Source: Neovahlkampfia damariscottae (Eukaryota). Taken from it: DNA of 20,000 nt. The translations under genes were made by a program, and so were the position numbers. The DNA is taken from NCBI GenBank assembly GCA_016618085.1, contig JABLTG010000012.1:185748-205747 (forward strand). Direction: 5' to 3'. The notes under the pieces are model-generated. The model worked only from the letters and a program-made list of their open reading frames with translations, did no database searches and had not been told where the DNA came from. How positions within the stretch are numbered: the first letter of the stretch is position 1; each line of letters opens with the position of its first letter. Positions 9,111 through 19,608 of the stretch are shown here, piece by piece.

Positions 9111-9902
9111 ATGAGGCTTCATGAGAATTCAATACAAGTCGAGCTAATTGAAGAGAACCATGATGAAAACTCCGAAGAAGAAAATGAAGAAGCAAACCTT
9201 TTAAAAAATGAAGAATACAGTAGCGAAGAACCAGAAGATTATATTCCAGAAATTCATTACAACACCGAATTCCTTTATATTTTTTGTGTACTCATAGGTT
9301 TTTTGGTGATGCTACTAATAATTAGCTTTATATTTTTTGCATCAGCTTCTTATATTATACATCATCCATTAATATACAAATCTTCGGTTTATGTTGAAAT
9401 TCCTTTGGAAGAAATTCGTGAAGAATATTATCATATTTATTATTCACGTCCATTGAGTTCAACATTATATTCATGGAAAATGAGTTCAACATCCAACAAT
9501 TTTTCTTGTGATTCATGGACTGACGACAAAATTGCAAGAATCAAAATTGAAGATTTTAACCTTCTTCCAAAAAATTTGGTGAAAGGAATGTTGACTCCTT
9601 ATAAGCACTCAAACTATAAAATTTGTAACATTTTGAATGTTATTCCACAGTATAAATGTCATAGTCAAGGAGTATGGAAAAATTTTGAAGACTTTATATT
9701 TCAAAATCATCATGGTAAAATAATAACTACAACTCCAATTTATGGAAGAAAAACTATCATGTCAAACAAAACAATGATTTATGTACCTGATAAAATATGC
9801 AAGAACATTGATGGAACAAATTATTGTATGGAACATAACGAAAACGTTTGTCAAAATCATTGGTGCAACATCATCACCCCAAAATTGGAAGGATGCAAAT
9901 AG
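9111..9902 (+). CDS. Single-pass membrane protein with DNA/RNA non-specific endonuclease (NucA/EndoG-like) domain, probably inactive
   Basis: Acidic N-terminus, TM helix, then YHIYYS, LVKGMLTP (vs DRGHLAP), NILNVIPQ...SQGVWKNFEDFI (vs NixPQ...NxGxWxxLE), ITTTPIY, IYVPDKICK. Alternative ATG at 9045. Confidence 0.7.
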   Translation: MRLHENSIQVELIEENHDENSEEENEEANLLKNEEYSSEEPEDYIPEIHYNTEFLYIFCVLIGFLVMLLIISFIFFASASYIIHHPLIYKSSVYVEIPLEEIREEYYHIYYSRPLSSTLYSWKMSSTSNNFSCDSWTDDKIARIKIEDFNLLPKNLVKGMLTPYKHSNYKICNILNVIPQYKCHSQGVWKNFEDFIFQNHHGKIITTTPIYGRKTIMSNKTMIYVPDKICKNIDGTNYCMEHNENVCQNHWCNIITPKLEGCK

Positions 9903-9905
9903 AAA

Positions 9906-11904
9906 TTAAAAAAATTGTTTATTCAAATAAATGTCCTTGGTTCCTTGATATAGTTTGTAAGAAGGATATTGTTGAGAGCTATCTGGACTGGGTTCAAATT
10001 TCTCTTGAATATAATCGGTTGTTCTTTTGAGTATCTTTTCAAAATTTTCATTATTGTTGAGATATTGAATGAGAGATCCTGTGAATACACTATATTGATT
10101 GGATGTTCTTGATTCTTCTCCTGGATCAGTTGCATAGACAACAATAGTTTGATTTTTTGTTTCTGGTTCAGAAGTCTCCATTTTTTTATATTCTCGGATA
10201 ACAGATTTCTTCAATGAAAAAGGTTCTTTGATTTTTGTTTCCGAATTTTCATTTGGGAATGAATATTGTTTTTTCTTTCCATTTGTTCTACAACAATCTA
10301 ATACCACAATCAAAGTGATTGATTTACCAGATTTCTTCACTGGATTGATGAGACATTCATGGAGATTCAATGGAATTTCATCTGTCCCAAAAATCAAAAT
10401 ACACCCATCTTGTTCTAAACCATGACCAGAATAATAGAAAAACAACAATGTATCATCTTTAAGAGTGTCCAATGTGTTCTGAATTATACTTGTCATTCTT
10501 TTGTGCTTCAAATTTATATGAGGTTTTGAATCAAATTTCATTGATTTTAAAATCTTATCAATCTCTTTTGCATCATTCTTACAACAATTTAAAGGTTTCC
10601 AAGTATCATATTGTTCAATTCCAATTGATATTCCAATTTTTATCTTTGATTTAAAAATCATATTTTCTTCCTTTTCATAGGTTTGAATATATTTTGGTGG
10701 ATTCTGCATCCCATAAATATCTGGAAAATTATCATATTCAAATAATGCATAGAAACATGTTTTTTTTAAATCAACATCTAGAATATGACCTAAATTTTTT
10801 AAAATTTCTTCTTTTAGTGGAAATTCTTCCTCATTTGGATATAAAACATCGAATTCTTCTTTTTTCATTGTTTCCAACAAGATCTTTTTGATTAATTTTT
10901 TCCCACAAAGGTCATATTTTGAACAGAGTACATTCCAATTCTGAATTATTGAAGAACATTTCAAGATTTTTGTTTCAAGATCATTTTTGATTCTCTCATA
11001 TATGTTTTCTTGTGCACTTTCTGGAGTGAAAAAAATTTCCATTGGGAGTGTCCAAAAAAAGTCATGTCCCAAATAAACATCTGGAAAATTATTCAATCGA
11101 TAAGTTGAATCTAATAGATTTTTATCTGACCTTCTCAAATTTCTTTTTTTTTCTAGCAAATCTTTCAAAATCTGTTCAGAAGCGTCTCGTTTTGATTTTC
11201 CAGTTTGAAGATTGGACTTGATTGAATTAAAAATCAATGAACCTAAATGTTTTTCATCTTCATTTCCATGCTGAAATATGGAATAGAATAAGTCTAGATA
11301 ATTATAAATAGGATTATTGTCAATGTAAGACAAAAATTCTTTGCTAAAAAAATTTGAGAAATCCGATACTGGATAAGAACCATATTTTTTAATGTAATGA
11401 ATAACATTCTTGGAAAAAAATTATGTTCTATTGTTGTCTTACTTTGAAATTTTTTGAAATGAGTTTTTCTGTTTTCAAAGACAATCCAAAGCCTTTTTGT
11501 AATAGTTCCATGGTAAAATGATAGGAATTATTGTATCTTTTTGAAAATTTTTCATTTACATTCCAGTGATCAACAATTTGAGTGACATCATTGATGACTT
11601 CTTCAATGTTTTTTTGGATTGGTGGTAAATTGACAGATAAAAAGGACAAAGTTTGAATTATTAAAACTGTGGATTCATTTGTAAAATGAATAATTTTTGA
11701 TCCAAACTGAACTCCTAAGGAACAAGATGTGTATGGTTCTAATGGATTATTAGATTCAAGATGAACATTTTTATTCCAAAAGTTGTTTTTTGGAACTTGA
11801 AAATCCAACAGAACCAATTTTAGATTCACGGCCTTTTCTTCGAGTTTTTTTAAGATTTTTTTGATTTGTTTTTGGTTCGAAACAATAGTTCTTTTGAGGG
11901 TCAT
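9906..11904 (-). CDS. Caspase-family (peptidase C14) protease with long N-terminal region; 2 exons (11904-11443, 11408-9906)
   Basis: IGISIGIEQY, LNCCKNDA, FFYYSGHG (catalytic His), VVLDCCR (catalytic Cys), YATDPGEES, SVFTGSLIQYL. A 34-nt phase-0 intron GTAAGA...CCAAG (11442-11409) joins the two ORFs in frame (~654 aa). Confidence 0.85.
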
Positions 11905-12047
11905 TTTTTAAGTGTTTGAAAATTGTTTCTTTGATTTGATTCGTCCAATCTTTTTGTTTGTTTGTTAAAAATTTCGATTCACATTGAGTTAGAATTTCAC
12001 CTTTTTCTTTCAACAAAGCAAGAAAGTTGTTTCATTGGTCAACAAAA

Positions 12048-13435
12048 ATGAAAACTGATTCACATTCGACTGAAACTCTGTTAGTAGATGACTCAAATGA
12101 CTCAGATGAGGAACGTTTTATCGAAGAGAATAAAAATAGACATGGTAATTTGTTCAGCTCTACAATTAATTTAATGTCTGGTGTGGCAAGTGGAGCAATT
12201 TTAAGTTTGAAAAAAAAAATTTAATTTATTTTTTTTTTAGCCATTCCAATGACTCTCAACAAATCTGGAATCGTTATTTCTTATATAACTCTTCTATTGA
12301 TAGGTTTTTTATTGTTGATTCCAGCTTTTCTGCTGGTAAGTTCTGCTACTAAAAAAAGAATTTATTCTTTAGAAAAATTAAGCTATGCTACTCATGGAAA
12401 ATTTGGAAGTTTGTTTGCAAAATTATGTATATTTGGGTACTCTTTTGGAATCATTGTTTCATATTTTATTATTATTGCCGACTTATTGTCATCAATGATC
12501 AATTATTGGTTAGGAACTGCAATTGACCAAAAAATTTTCATTGCAATTTCAATCATTTTTATATTACCTTCCATTTTGTTGATGAATAAGAAGGTTTTAA
12601 ATTACACCAGTGTTGTTGCATTTGTATGTTTGTTGTACATCTTTCTCTTTGTAATAGCAAAAGGAAATTATTATTTAGAAAATAGAGTTGTTTGTGCGAA
12701 TTTCAACGCATGGAACATAGTTTCAACTTTTTTCATTCATATTTTTGCCTACTCATTTCATGTCAATGTTCTTTCAATTCAGTAAAGTTACAAATTCATT
12801 CACATATTTTTAGAGAAAATTTGTACAATCCAACACAAAGAAGAATGGGAATTTCTCTAACAACAAGTACTTTATTAAGTTTATTTATATATTTAACAAC
12901 TGGATTTGTCGGATATATCACTTTTAGTGCATCTACATTGGAGAATTTCATGAAAAATCATAAAGAATCAGATATCTTTGTTCAAATTGGAAAAATTGCA
13001 TTTATGATAATGATACTGTGTTCTTGTCCAACTATTTCAATCCCTTTCAAGAAAATGATAATAAATACAAATCGAATGATAAGTTCAAAATCTGTTCAAT
13101 ATCCAATTACTGGGAATGTAATCATATCCATTGCAATAAGTTCAACGTAACGAAAATTTTAGAATTTAATTTCAATAGTACAATGCTTACAGCCTTGATA
13201 GTTCCAAATATTACTTTGATTTTCATATTGATTGGAATTTTTTCGAGGTACTTCAACATATTTTTAATCTTCAAGTTTCATGTTATTGGTGATTCCAGTA
13301 TTGATTTTTATGAAGTTATATGATTCTGATTCTGAATTCATATTTTTTCATCACCCGACTTTAATATTAATTTTCACTATATTTTTCATCTTTCCGATCA
13401 TGCTTTTCATGACATTGAACAATTGTCTCATATAA
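12048..13435 (+). CDS. Amino-acid transporter (Aa_trans/AAAP, SLC38/AVT-like), 5 exons
   Basis: GT-AG introns 12205-12240, 12782-12813, 13147-13178 and 13248-13275 restore one frame: FSSTINLMSGVASGAILTIP, FGIIVSYFIIIADL, FAYSFHVNV, LYNPTQRRM, GFVGYITF. Stop TAA at 13433-13435. Confidence 0.9.
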
Positions 13436-13783
13436 GTACTCGAAAATGTTGCTTATCGGGATTAAGGCATACATGGATAAATATTTATTTTTGAAGTTGA
13501 ATTTTTGGTTAAATAACCTGTATCTATTGCATTTACATTTTTTATGATTATTTTCTGTAGCTAAACTCTCTTCTTCATTATGTCTGACATTTTCATAAGA
13601 TTTATTACCAATATTTTTTCATTGTGGTATGTCTCTTCATGTTGATGGACACATACTCCGTCCTGAATTATTATCAAATGTCAAATTTTTATTCACCATT
13701 ATCCAACAAGATGGCAAATGGTATTTTGTACAATTTGATGAAGTTAATTTGATGAAAAATTTTTAAAATCAAGTCAAATAATT

Positions 13784-14911
13784 TCATTTTTTTTTATCTA
13801 AAATTTCATCCACTTCAACAAATTGATCTAAAATTTCTTTGATGTTTTTCATTGTGTTGCTTTTTGCTAAAGTAATGAAAATCCTCAAATTAATTGAATT
13901 CATTTCAATATCTCTTTCTTCATCAGTGAATGAAATGATCTCTTTGTTATTATTTTCAATCAAAAATAAGTTTTGATGACCTCTGTCAAATAGATATTTT
14001 CTCAATGAAAAGTCTTCTTTTTTGTTTCTTATAGTTGATGCAGATACTATCCAATGCTTGATGGAATCATCAAATTCTTCTTTCCAACATTGAAATACCC
14101 ATTTAAACATTCCACAAATAGATGAAGAACATTTACAATATGGAAGTAATACATTCAATGAAGGAATCAATTTATCTTTCAAAAATGGTGAAATTTCATC
14201 AACCAATCCATTTTTTTGATATCTTTCATATAATTTCTCTTCATTTTCTTCGTTTAATTTCAAATCTCGAAATGATTTGTTGACAAATCCTTCATGATTT
14301 GAGTCCTCCGAGTTTTGTTTTTTTGAAATAATTTTCAAATTTACAGTGGAGTTAAAAATAAAAATAGCAAACAAAATATTGTATAATTTGCATGATTTTT
14401 GATGTTTTAAAAATGAAAAAATGATTTTTAAAAATGCACTAAAAGCTTGATGATCTGCCACTTCAAACTCTTCTTTTGACCTTTTTTCAAACATTTGTTG
14501 AACAAAGGCAGTTCTATAATTGAATGTATCTGAAATCTCTTGGTGGTTAATTTCAAATTTTTCGTAAATAAATTTGAAATATGAATGAACAAATAAATTT
14601 GTAAATTTGAAGTTGTCATATTTCTGTAAAATTTTTTTTAATTCTTGTTCTTGATTTTTATGAAAATTTTTTTTTTGATTTTCGAAAAAGGTTTTTAATT
14701 CTTGAAATAAATCTTCATGATTTTCTTTTTCAATTTTAATTTTTTCGATTTTTTCCAAGTCTTCTTTTGGGATGTCTTTTTTTTTTGGTGTTTTTTTTGG
14801 AGTGTTTTTCTTTTTTGTTTTTAACTTGTTTTCAGGTGTCTTGAGTTCAACTGATATACTCATGGATTCTAATGATTTTGATAATTTCTCTTCTTCTTGA
14901 TTTACTTCCAT
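13784..14911 (-). CDS. Hypothetical protein (375 aa), Lys-rich NLS-like N-terminus, possible HNH-like motif
   Basis: Long ORF. KTKKKNTPKKTPKKK; EVADH...FNSTVNLKIISKKQN. Confidence 0.75.
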   Translation of the reverse strand: MEVNQEEEKLSKSLESMSISVELKTPENKLKTKKKNTPKKTPKKKDIPKEDLEKIEKIKIEKENHEDLFQELKTFFENQKKNFHKNQEQELKKILQKYDNFKFTNLFVHSYFKFIYEKFEINHQEISDTFNYRTAFVQQMFEKRSKEEFEVADHQAFSAFLKIIFSFLKHQKSCKLYNILFAIFIFNSTVNLKIISKKQNSEDSNHEGFVNKSFRDLKLNEENEEKLYERYQKNGLVDEISPFLKDKLIPSLNVLLPYCKCSSSICGMFKWVFQCWKEEFDDSIKHWIVSASTIRNKKEDFSLRKYLFDRGHQNLFLIENNNKEIISFTDEERDIEMNSINLRIFITLAKSNTMKNIKEILDQFVEVDEILDKKK

Positions 14912-15129
14912 TTTTCCTGATATTCCTATTGGTCAATTTTCCAAAGCAAACATTCCTCAAATCTGCTTCAACTTGGTCAAAATCTCTACATTTTAACATT
15001 TTAAATATTTCCCGGTTTTTTATTGAGTCTACAGCTTTTTGTTTCTTTTTTGATGAATTCTGTCCATTTGAAAAATTGCACCAATCATTTTCTTTTTTTG
15101 ATTCATTTTTTTATCACATCACAGAAAAT

Positions 15130-16713
15130 ATGGTGAAGAAAAATAAACCACAAAATGGAAACACAACAAATAATCCAACAAAAATAACAAAACAAAATAA
15201 AACAAAATCAAAAAATTCAAATGTGGAAATCATAAATGAAGATTCAGTTGAAATCATTGAAGAAAAAATTTCTGAACCAGAAGTTACATTTGATATCAAG
15301 ACTATTGAACCTTCAACAGTAGATTTTAAAGAAGAGGATGTTTCAAATTTCTTTAAAGCAAATGCAATCACAATATCTGGAAAACAAAAATTTACTCCAA
15401 ATTTAACATTTGCTTCAACAAATTTTCCAAAAGATATTTTAAAAAAACTTGAAGTTTTTGATTATCCAACTCCAATTCAAGCAATATCATGGCCAATTGT
15501 TAGACAAAAAAATAACGTTGTTTCAATTGCAAAAACAGGATCAGGAAAAACTTTAGCATTTGTTGTACCAGCGATTATGCATGCAAGAAAGCATGGACCT
15601 TTGAAAGAAGGTGATGGTCCTGTAGTTTTAGTTTTAACTCCAACTCGTGAGTTAGCTCAACAAATTCATGGTGAATTTCAAAAATTTGGACGTTCATTAA
15701 AAGTCACTTGTGTTTATGGAGGAATTGACTACACAAAAAAAAAGAATTTAAAAGGAACACAAGTCTTAATTGCAACACCTGGTCGATTGAATGATCTGCT
15801 TGATAAAGATTTTACAAATATGAACACAGTTTCTTTTTTAACTTTGGATGAAGCTGATCAAATGTTGGATATGGGATTTGAAGTTCAAATCAAAAGAATT
15901 GTTTCAAAAATCTCAAAAGATAGACAAACTTGTTTGTTCAGTGCGACTTGGAAACCAAATGTCAAAAAAATTGCACAAGAATACTGTCCAAATGAAATCA
16001 AAATTAACATTGGAAAATATGAAGTATCAACAAATGACGCTGTAAAACAACATTTTATTCCATTTTCATGTGTAAGAGAACGTATAAACGAATTCAAAGG
16101 TTTGGTGATCAATTTAAGAAAAAAAGATCCAAAAATGAAAATGTTGGTCTTTTCTGGAACAAAAAAAGGATGTACAAGGTTGAATGAGTTATTAGGAGGA
16201 CTCAAAATCAGGGCTTGTGAAATTCATGGTGATATTGATCAAAGAAGAAGAGAAAAAGCATTATCACAATTTAAATCAAATGAAGTAACAATTATGATTG
16301 CTACAGATGTTGCTGCAAGAGGTCTTGATATTTCAGATGTATCAGTTGTAATCAATTTTGATTTTGCAAGGGATATTGAAAATTATGTGCATAGAATTGG
16401 AAGAACTGGTCGTGCAGGAAAGACAGGAGAAGCATACACTTTCATTGGTGAAACTGAAGATATTCAGTTGATGTTTGAGTTAAAAAAAATTCTTGAAAAG
16501 GGAAATAATCCAATTCCTGATTGTGTAAAACGATATACTGATTTATCAAAATCTGAATTGGAAAAACTCAAAGGAGAACAAAAACAACAGAGAAGAGAGA
16601 AATATGAAAAGAGAAACAATGGAAAGCAAAATAGAAATAAAGGAAATGGAAAGGCAAACAAAGCAAAGAACACACAAAAATTCCAAGCTATGTCAAAAAT
16701 GAAAAAAAAATAA
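15130..16713 (+). CDS. DEAD-box RNA helicase (DBP2/DDX5-like)
   Basis: Q motif PTPIQ, AKTGSGKT, PTRELA, TPGRL, DEAD, SAT, HGD, ARGLD, HRIGRTGRAG. The real start is probably MVKKNK at 15130; the track's upstream extension is antisense/intergenic sequence. Confidence 0.95.
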   Translation: MVKKNKPQNGNTTNNPTKITKQNKTKSKNSNVEIINEDSVEIIEEKISEPEVTFDIKTIEPSTVDFKEEDVSNFFKANAITISGKQKFTPNLTFASTNFPKDILKKLEVFDYPTPIQAISWPIVRQKNNVVSIAKTGSGKTLAFVVPAIMHARKHGPLKEGDGPVVLVLTPTRELAQQIHGEFQKFGRSLKVTCVYGGIDYTKKKNLKGTQVLIATPGRLNDLLDKDFTNMNTVSFLTLDEADQMLDMGFEVQIKRIVSKISKDRQTCLFSATWKPNVKKIAQEYCPNEIKINIGKYEVSTNDAVKQHFIPFSCVRERINEFKGLVINLRKKDPKMKMLVFSGTKKGCTRLNELLGGLKIRACEIHGDIDQRRREKALSQFKSNEVTIMIATDVAARGLDISDVSVVINFDFARDIENYVHRIGRTGRAGKTGEAYTFIGETEDIQLMFELKKILEKGNNPIPDCVKRYTDLSKSELEKLKGEQKQQRREKYEKRNNGKQNRNKGNGKANKAKNTQKFQAMSKMKKK

Positions 16714-16774
16714 ACATTTATCACCAATTTATTTCATTGGTGGACTGAGAAATAAAAAAACAAAAGAGCTACCC

Positions 16775-18133
16775 ATGAGCAACATTGAAAAGATTTTCTC
16801 TAAACCAAATTTAAACCAAAAAGCAATAAAAAAATCCAATGGAATTATTATCTACACTTTCCAACCAGACAACTACAGTTTGAAAGAGTTTCTTGTAAAA
16901 GTACGTCTTGACAACAACATGAAACTATCATTTGTTAATGAACATTTTGAAAAAGTATTCATATCAAAATTAGAAATTGAAGAAAATCCAAAGGAGCTGT
17001 CTGAAAAAAAGTGGAATTTTAAAGTAGAGTTTGAAGAACATTCAATACCTTTGGAGAATTCTCCGGCCAGTATCAGTATTCGTTCATTTCAAACATATCA
17101 ATCTCCACAGGTTAAATATGTCAATGGTGAATACAGGGTTCGTGGTTCAGATTCTAAAGATGATGGATTCTCAATCAAAATGGATTTATGTTTATCTTCA
17201 AAAAAAATAGAAATATTCAACACTAGGATTGGATTTAAATCTGAATTAATATCATTTAAAGATTATTATCAACTTTTTAAAATAAAAATACCAACAATCA
17301 TTCAAAAAATGGAAAACAAAAATGTCTTTGGAACCATTGAAATACCTGCTTTTTTTCAAATGGTCAATTCAACATTTCATTTTTCAAATACAAAAACTCA
17401 TGTATTCGATATGGATCTTAATTTGATGAATTTTTCAAAATATGGAATCTCATCAATTGTCAAATGTGAATTGCAAGATTACAAATCAGAATTGAATATT
17501 TTTGAATTTGAATCTGAATTATTGATTCAACAAGGAAGTTTTATTGAAATACCATCTTCTGTGTATGAAGGAACTTCTTTTTTCGAAAGACCCAAAGAAC
17601 TTGATTTTATACCAAATTATTTGAAACATAAACCTGTGATATTTTATTTCAATGGAGCAATTGAAAAGTTAAAACTGAACAAAGAGAACATCTCAGAGAT
17701 TGTTTTTAACTCAAAAAATGCTGAATTTTCTTTTTTTCCTTCAAAGAAGCAATTGACTATTCGTCTCTGCACACAGCACACTTTTCGATTTAGATTCATA
17801 TACAATTTAGAAAATATGATGATATGTATCATTCAATCTAAATTTTATTTTGACTTCGGTGATTTATTTGACAAAGTTATTGTTGGTGACTTAAGCAATA
17901 TCGAAACCCGTTTTTCTTCGAACAAACAACGATTGATGCTTGAAGATGGATTTCTGGAAGTTTATGGTTATAATTACAGTGATAATGATGTTTTAGTCAG
18001 GATTCCAATACATAATGAAGATCCAGAAGCCTATGTCAATTGGGAATTCAATTCTATTTTTGATGTAAATATTCAAAAATCATTGAACATTCCACAAGAC
18101 ACTCTATCAACTATGAAATTCAGATTTGAATAA
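16775..18133 (+). CDS. Hypothetical protein (452 aa)
   Basis: Long ATG-started ORF with no recognisable motif. Confidence 0.75.
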   Translation: MSNIEKIFSKPNLNQKAIKKSNGIIIYTFQPDNYSLKEFLVKVRLDNNMKLSFVNEHFEKVFISKLEIEENPKELSEKKWNFKVEFEEHSIPLENSPASISIRSFQTYQSPQVKYVNGEYRVRGSDSKDDGFSIKMDLCLSSKKIEIFNTRIGFKSELISFKDYYQLFKIKIPTIIQKMENKNVFGTIEIPAFFQMVNSTFHFSNTKTHVFDMDLNLMNFSKYGISSIVKCELQDYKSELNIFEFESELLIQQGSFIEIPSSVYEGTSFFERPKELDFIPNYLKHKPVIFYFNGAIEKLKLNKENISEIVFNSKNAEFSFFPSKKQLTIRLCTQHTFRFRFIYNLENMMICIIQSKFYFDFGDLFDKVIVGDLSNIETRFSSNKQRLMLEDGFLEVYGYNYSDNDVLVRIPIHNEDPEAYVNWEFNSIFDVNIQKSLNIPQDTLSTMKFRFE

Positions 18134-18165
18134 AGATAAAGATGTTATCAAGTTGTACCAACCAA

Positions 18166-18232
18166 CCAATTGTCTTGATTTCAAGAAAGAAGTACTTTAT
18201 TCTTGCTTCGTTTCCTAAGTCAAGACAATTGG
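18166..18232. repeat. Perfect 13-bp inverted repeat enclosing a second stem
   Basis: CCAATTGTCTTGA (18166-18178) / TCAAGACAATTGG (18220-18232), with an inner CAAGAA...TTCTTG stem. Confidence 0.75.
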
Positions 18233-18391
18233 CTAATTCAAAGTATCCATATATATACTGGTTCTAACTTAATGATTGGTTCTTAAATTCTCCTGATTCA
18301 TTTCTATAAATTGTTTAACAACTCGTCAGTCTTGCCATTATGATTTTTACATTTTGTTTTTTTCTGATTGTTGATTGGATGATTATTTTTC

Positions 18392-19345
18392 ATGAAGTTG
18401 GTACGACAAACTTCACCTCCTCCAGGAAATTTTGGTTGTGAAATAATACAACACCAAAATGAATTGTTTATGTTTTCAGGATATGGAGCTCGTGGATTTC
18501 TTGACGATTTTTTGTACGTGTTTGATTTGAAAAAAAATATTTGGCATTCAAAAAACATAGATCCACCACCAAAAATAGTCGCAGGAAAAGCTGTTTTTTA
18601 TAATGAACCAAAAAAACAATTCTTAATTTATGGTGCAAGTGAAATAACAAAAATTTCTTCAATAGATTTCAAAGTAACAAAACAAGATACTCCATTTTCT
18701 TTGAGATATTTTGCTTCAGTATTAGATGATGATATAATTTATATTTTTGGAGGCTTGCTTGAAGATGGAGTGTTGAAAACAGACTCCGAGATAGTTAGTG
18801 TTTTAAAATATTTTATTTCTTCAAATTCATGGGAAGAAATTGAAACATTTGGTGATATTCCAAAATCTTTTAAACACTACAAAGCAGTTATTGATAAAAA
18901 TGGAAAAATTTTTGTGAATGGTCCCGAGGGAACTTTGTATCATTTTAACCAAAACAACAATCATTGGAATTTAGTGACAAGACATCATTTTCTGAAGAGA
19001 AAAGGGACTATGATAAATATAGGAAGGTATATTTATTTTATTGGTTCAAACTTTGATTCATCAATTTACAAATATTCTATTCCTTGCAATAATTTTGAAG
19101 TTGTTAATTCTAGGGCATATGGAAATATTCACTCGAATCGTAGACATGAATTACATTGTTCCTGTATTGTTGATTTGGATGGTAAAGAATATATTTATAC
19201 ATTTGGTGGATGGAATCATAATGGGAAATATTTAAATCATATGTTTTGTTTGGATGTAACAAAAGAAGCATTCTTTGATGGAATTGAATTCTTGAAATTC
19301 ATCAAAAGGAAACAATTATTTGATATGAAATTTTTATTCTTATGA
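18392..19345 (+). CDS. Kelch-repeat beta-propeller protein
   Basis: LFMFSGY...LYVFDLKKNIW, IYIFGG...NSWEEI, IYFIG, IYTFGGW. Confidence 0.88.
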   Translation: MKLVRQTSPPPGNFGCEIIQHQNELFMFSGYGARGFLDDFLYVFDLKKNIWHSKNIDPPPKIVAGKAVFYNEPKKQFLIYGASEITKISSIDFKVTKQDTPFSLRYFASVLDDDIIYIFGGLLEDGVLKTDSEIVSVLKYFISSNSWEEIETFGDIPKSFKHYKAVIDKNGKIFVNGPEGTLYHFNQNNNHWNLVTRHHFLKRKGTMINIGRYIYFIGSNFDSSIYKYSIPCNNFEVVNSRAYGNIHSNRRHELHCSCIVDLDGKEYIYTFGGWNHNGKYLNHMFCLDVTKEAFFDGIEFLKFIKRKQLFDMKFLFL

Positions 19346-19506
19346 CTCAACAATTATATGTTTCATCGCCGATGAATGAATAAAAAGGATTTAGAAAAAA
19401 GTTTTTGATTCTCCATAAAATTTCACAATTTTTCACTTACGATTTGTTTATAGTATATGGAATTCTAACTGATGGGTTTCCTGCTCTTAGATCTCTTTCA
19501 TCCAAA

Positions 19507-19587
19507 GCAGGTGTGGCCGAGCGGTCAAGGCGACTGACTTGAAATCAGTTGGGATTTCCCGCGCAGGTTCGAATCCTGTCACCTGCG
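19507..19587 (+). tRNA. tRNA-Ser(UGA)
   Basis: Acceptor GCAGGTG/CACCTGC, D-loop AGCGGTCAA, anticodon arm ACTGA-CTTGAAA-TCAGT, long variable arm GGGA-TT-TCCC, T-arm GCAGG-TTCGAAT-CCTGT, discriminator G, no CCA. Confidence 0.97.
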
Positions 19588-19589
19588 AA

Positions 19590-19599
19590 TTTCTTTTTT
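19590..19599 (+). terminator. RNA Pol III T-tract terminator
   Basis: TTTCTTTTTT directly after the tRNA. Confidence 0.7.
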
Positions 19600-19608
19600 A
19601 TGATATTC

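Noticed and set aside
11771..12016. 81-aa minus-strand ORF as an extra exon of the caspase gene
   Set aside because: Non-ATG start, overlaps exon 1 in another frame, and I found no splice that restores the frame.
13440..13780. Possible small gene between the transporter and the orphan
   Set aside because: Only short interrupted frames, with no coherent exon model or motif.
14872..15129. Hydrophobic N-terminal extension on the DEAD-box helicase (apparent membrane-anchored helicase)
   Set aside because: It overlaps the start of the divergent minus-strand gene and T-rich promoter DNA. ATG 15130 is the more natural start.
132..19235. Numerous short antisense or alternate-frame ORFs in the track
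   Set aside because: They are shadows of well-supported genes in AT-rich DNA.
19507..19587. Selenocysteine or suppressor tRNA
   Set aside because: The anticodon is UGA (reads UCA, Ser), not UCA, and the acceptor stem is the standard 7 bp.
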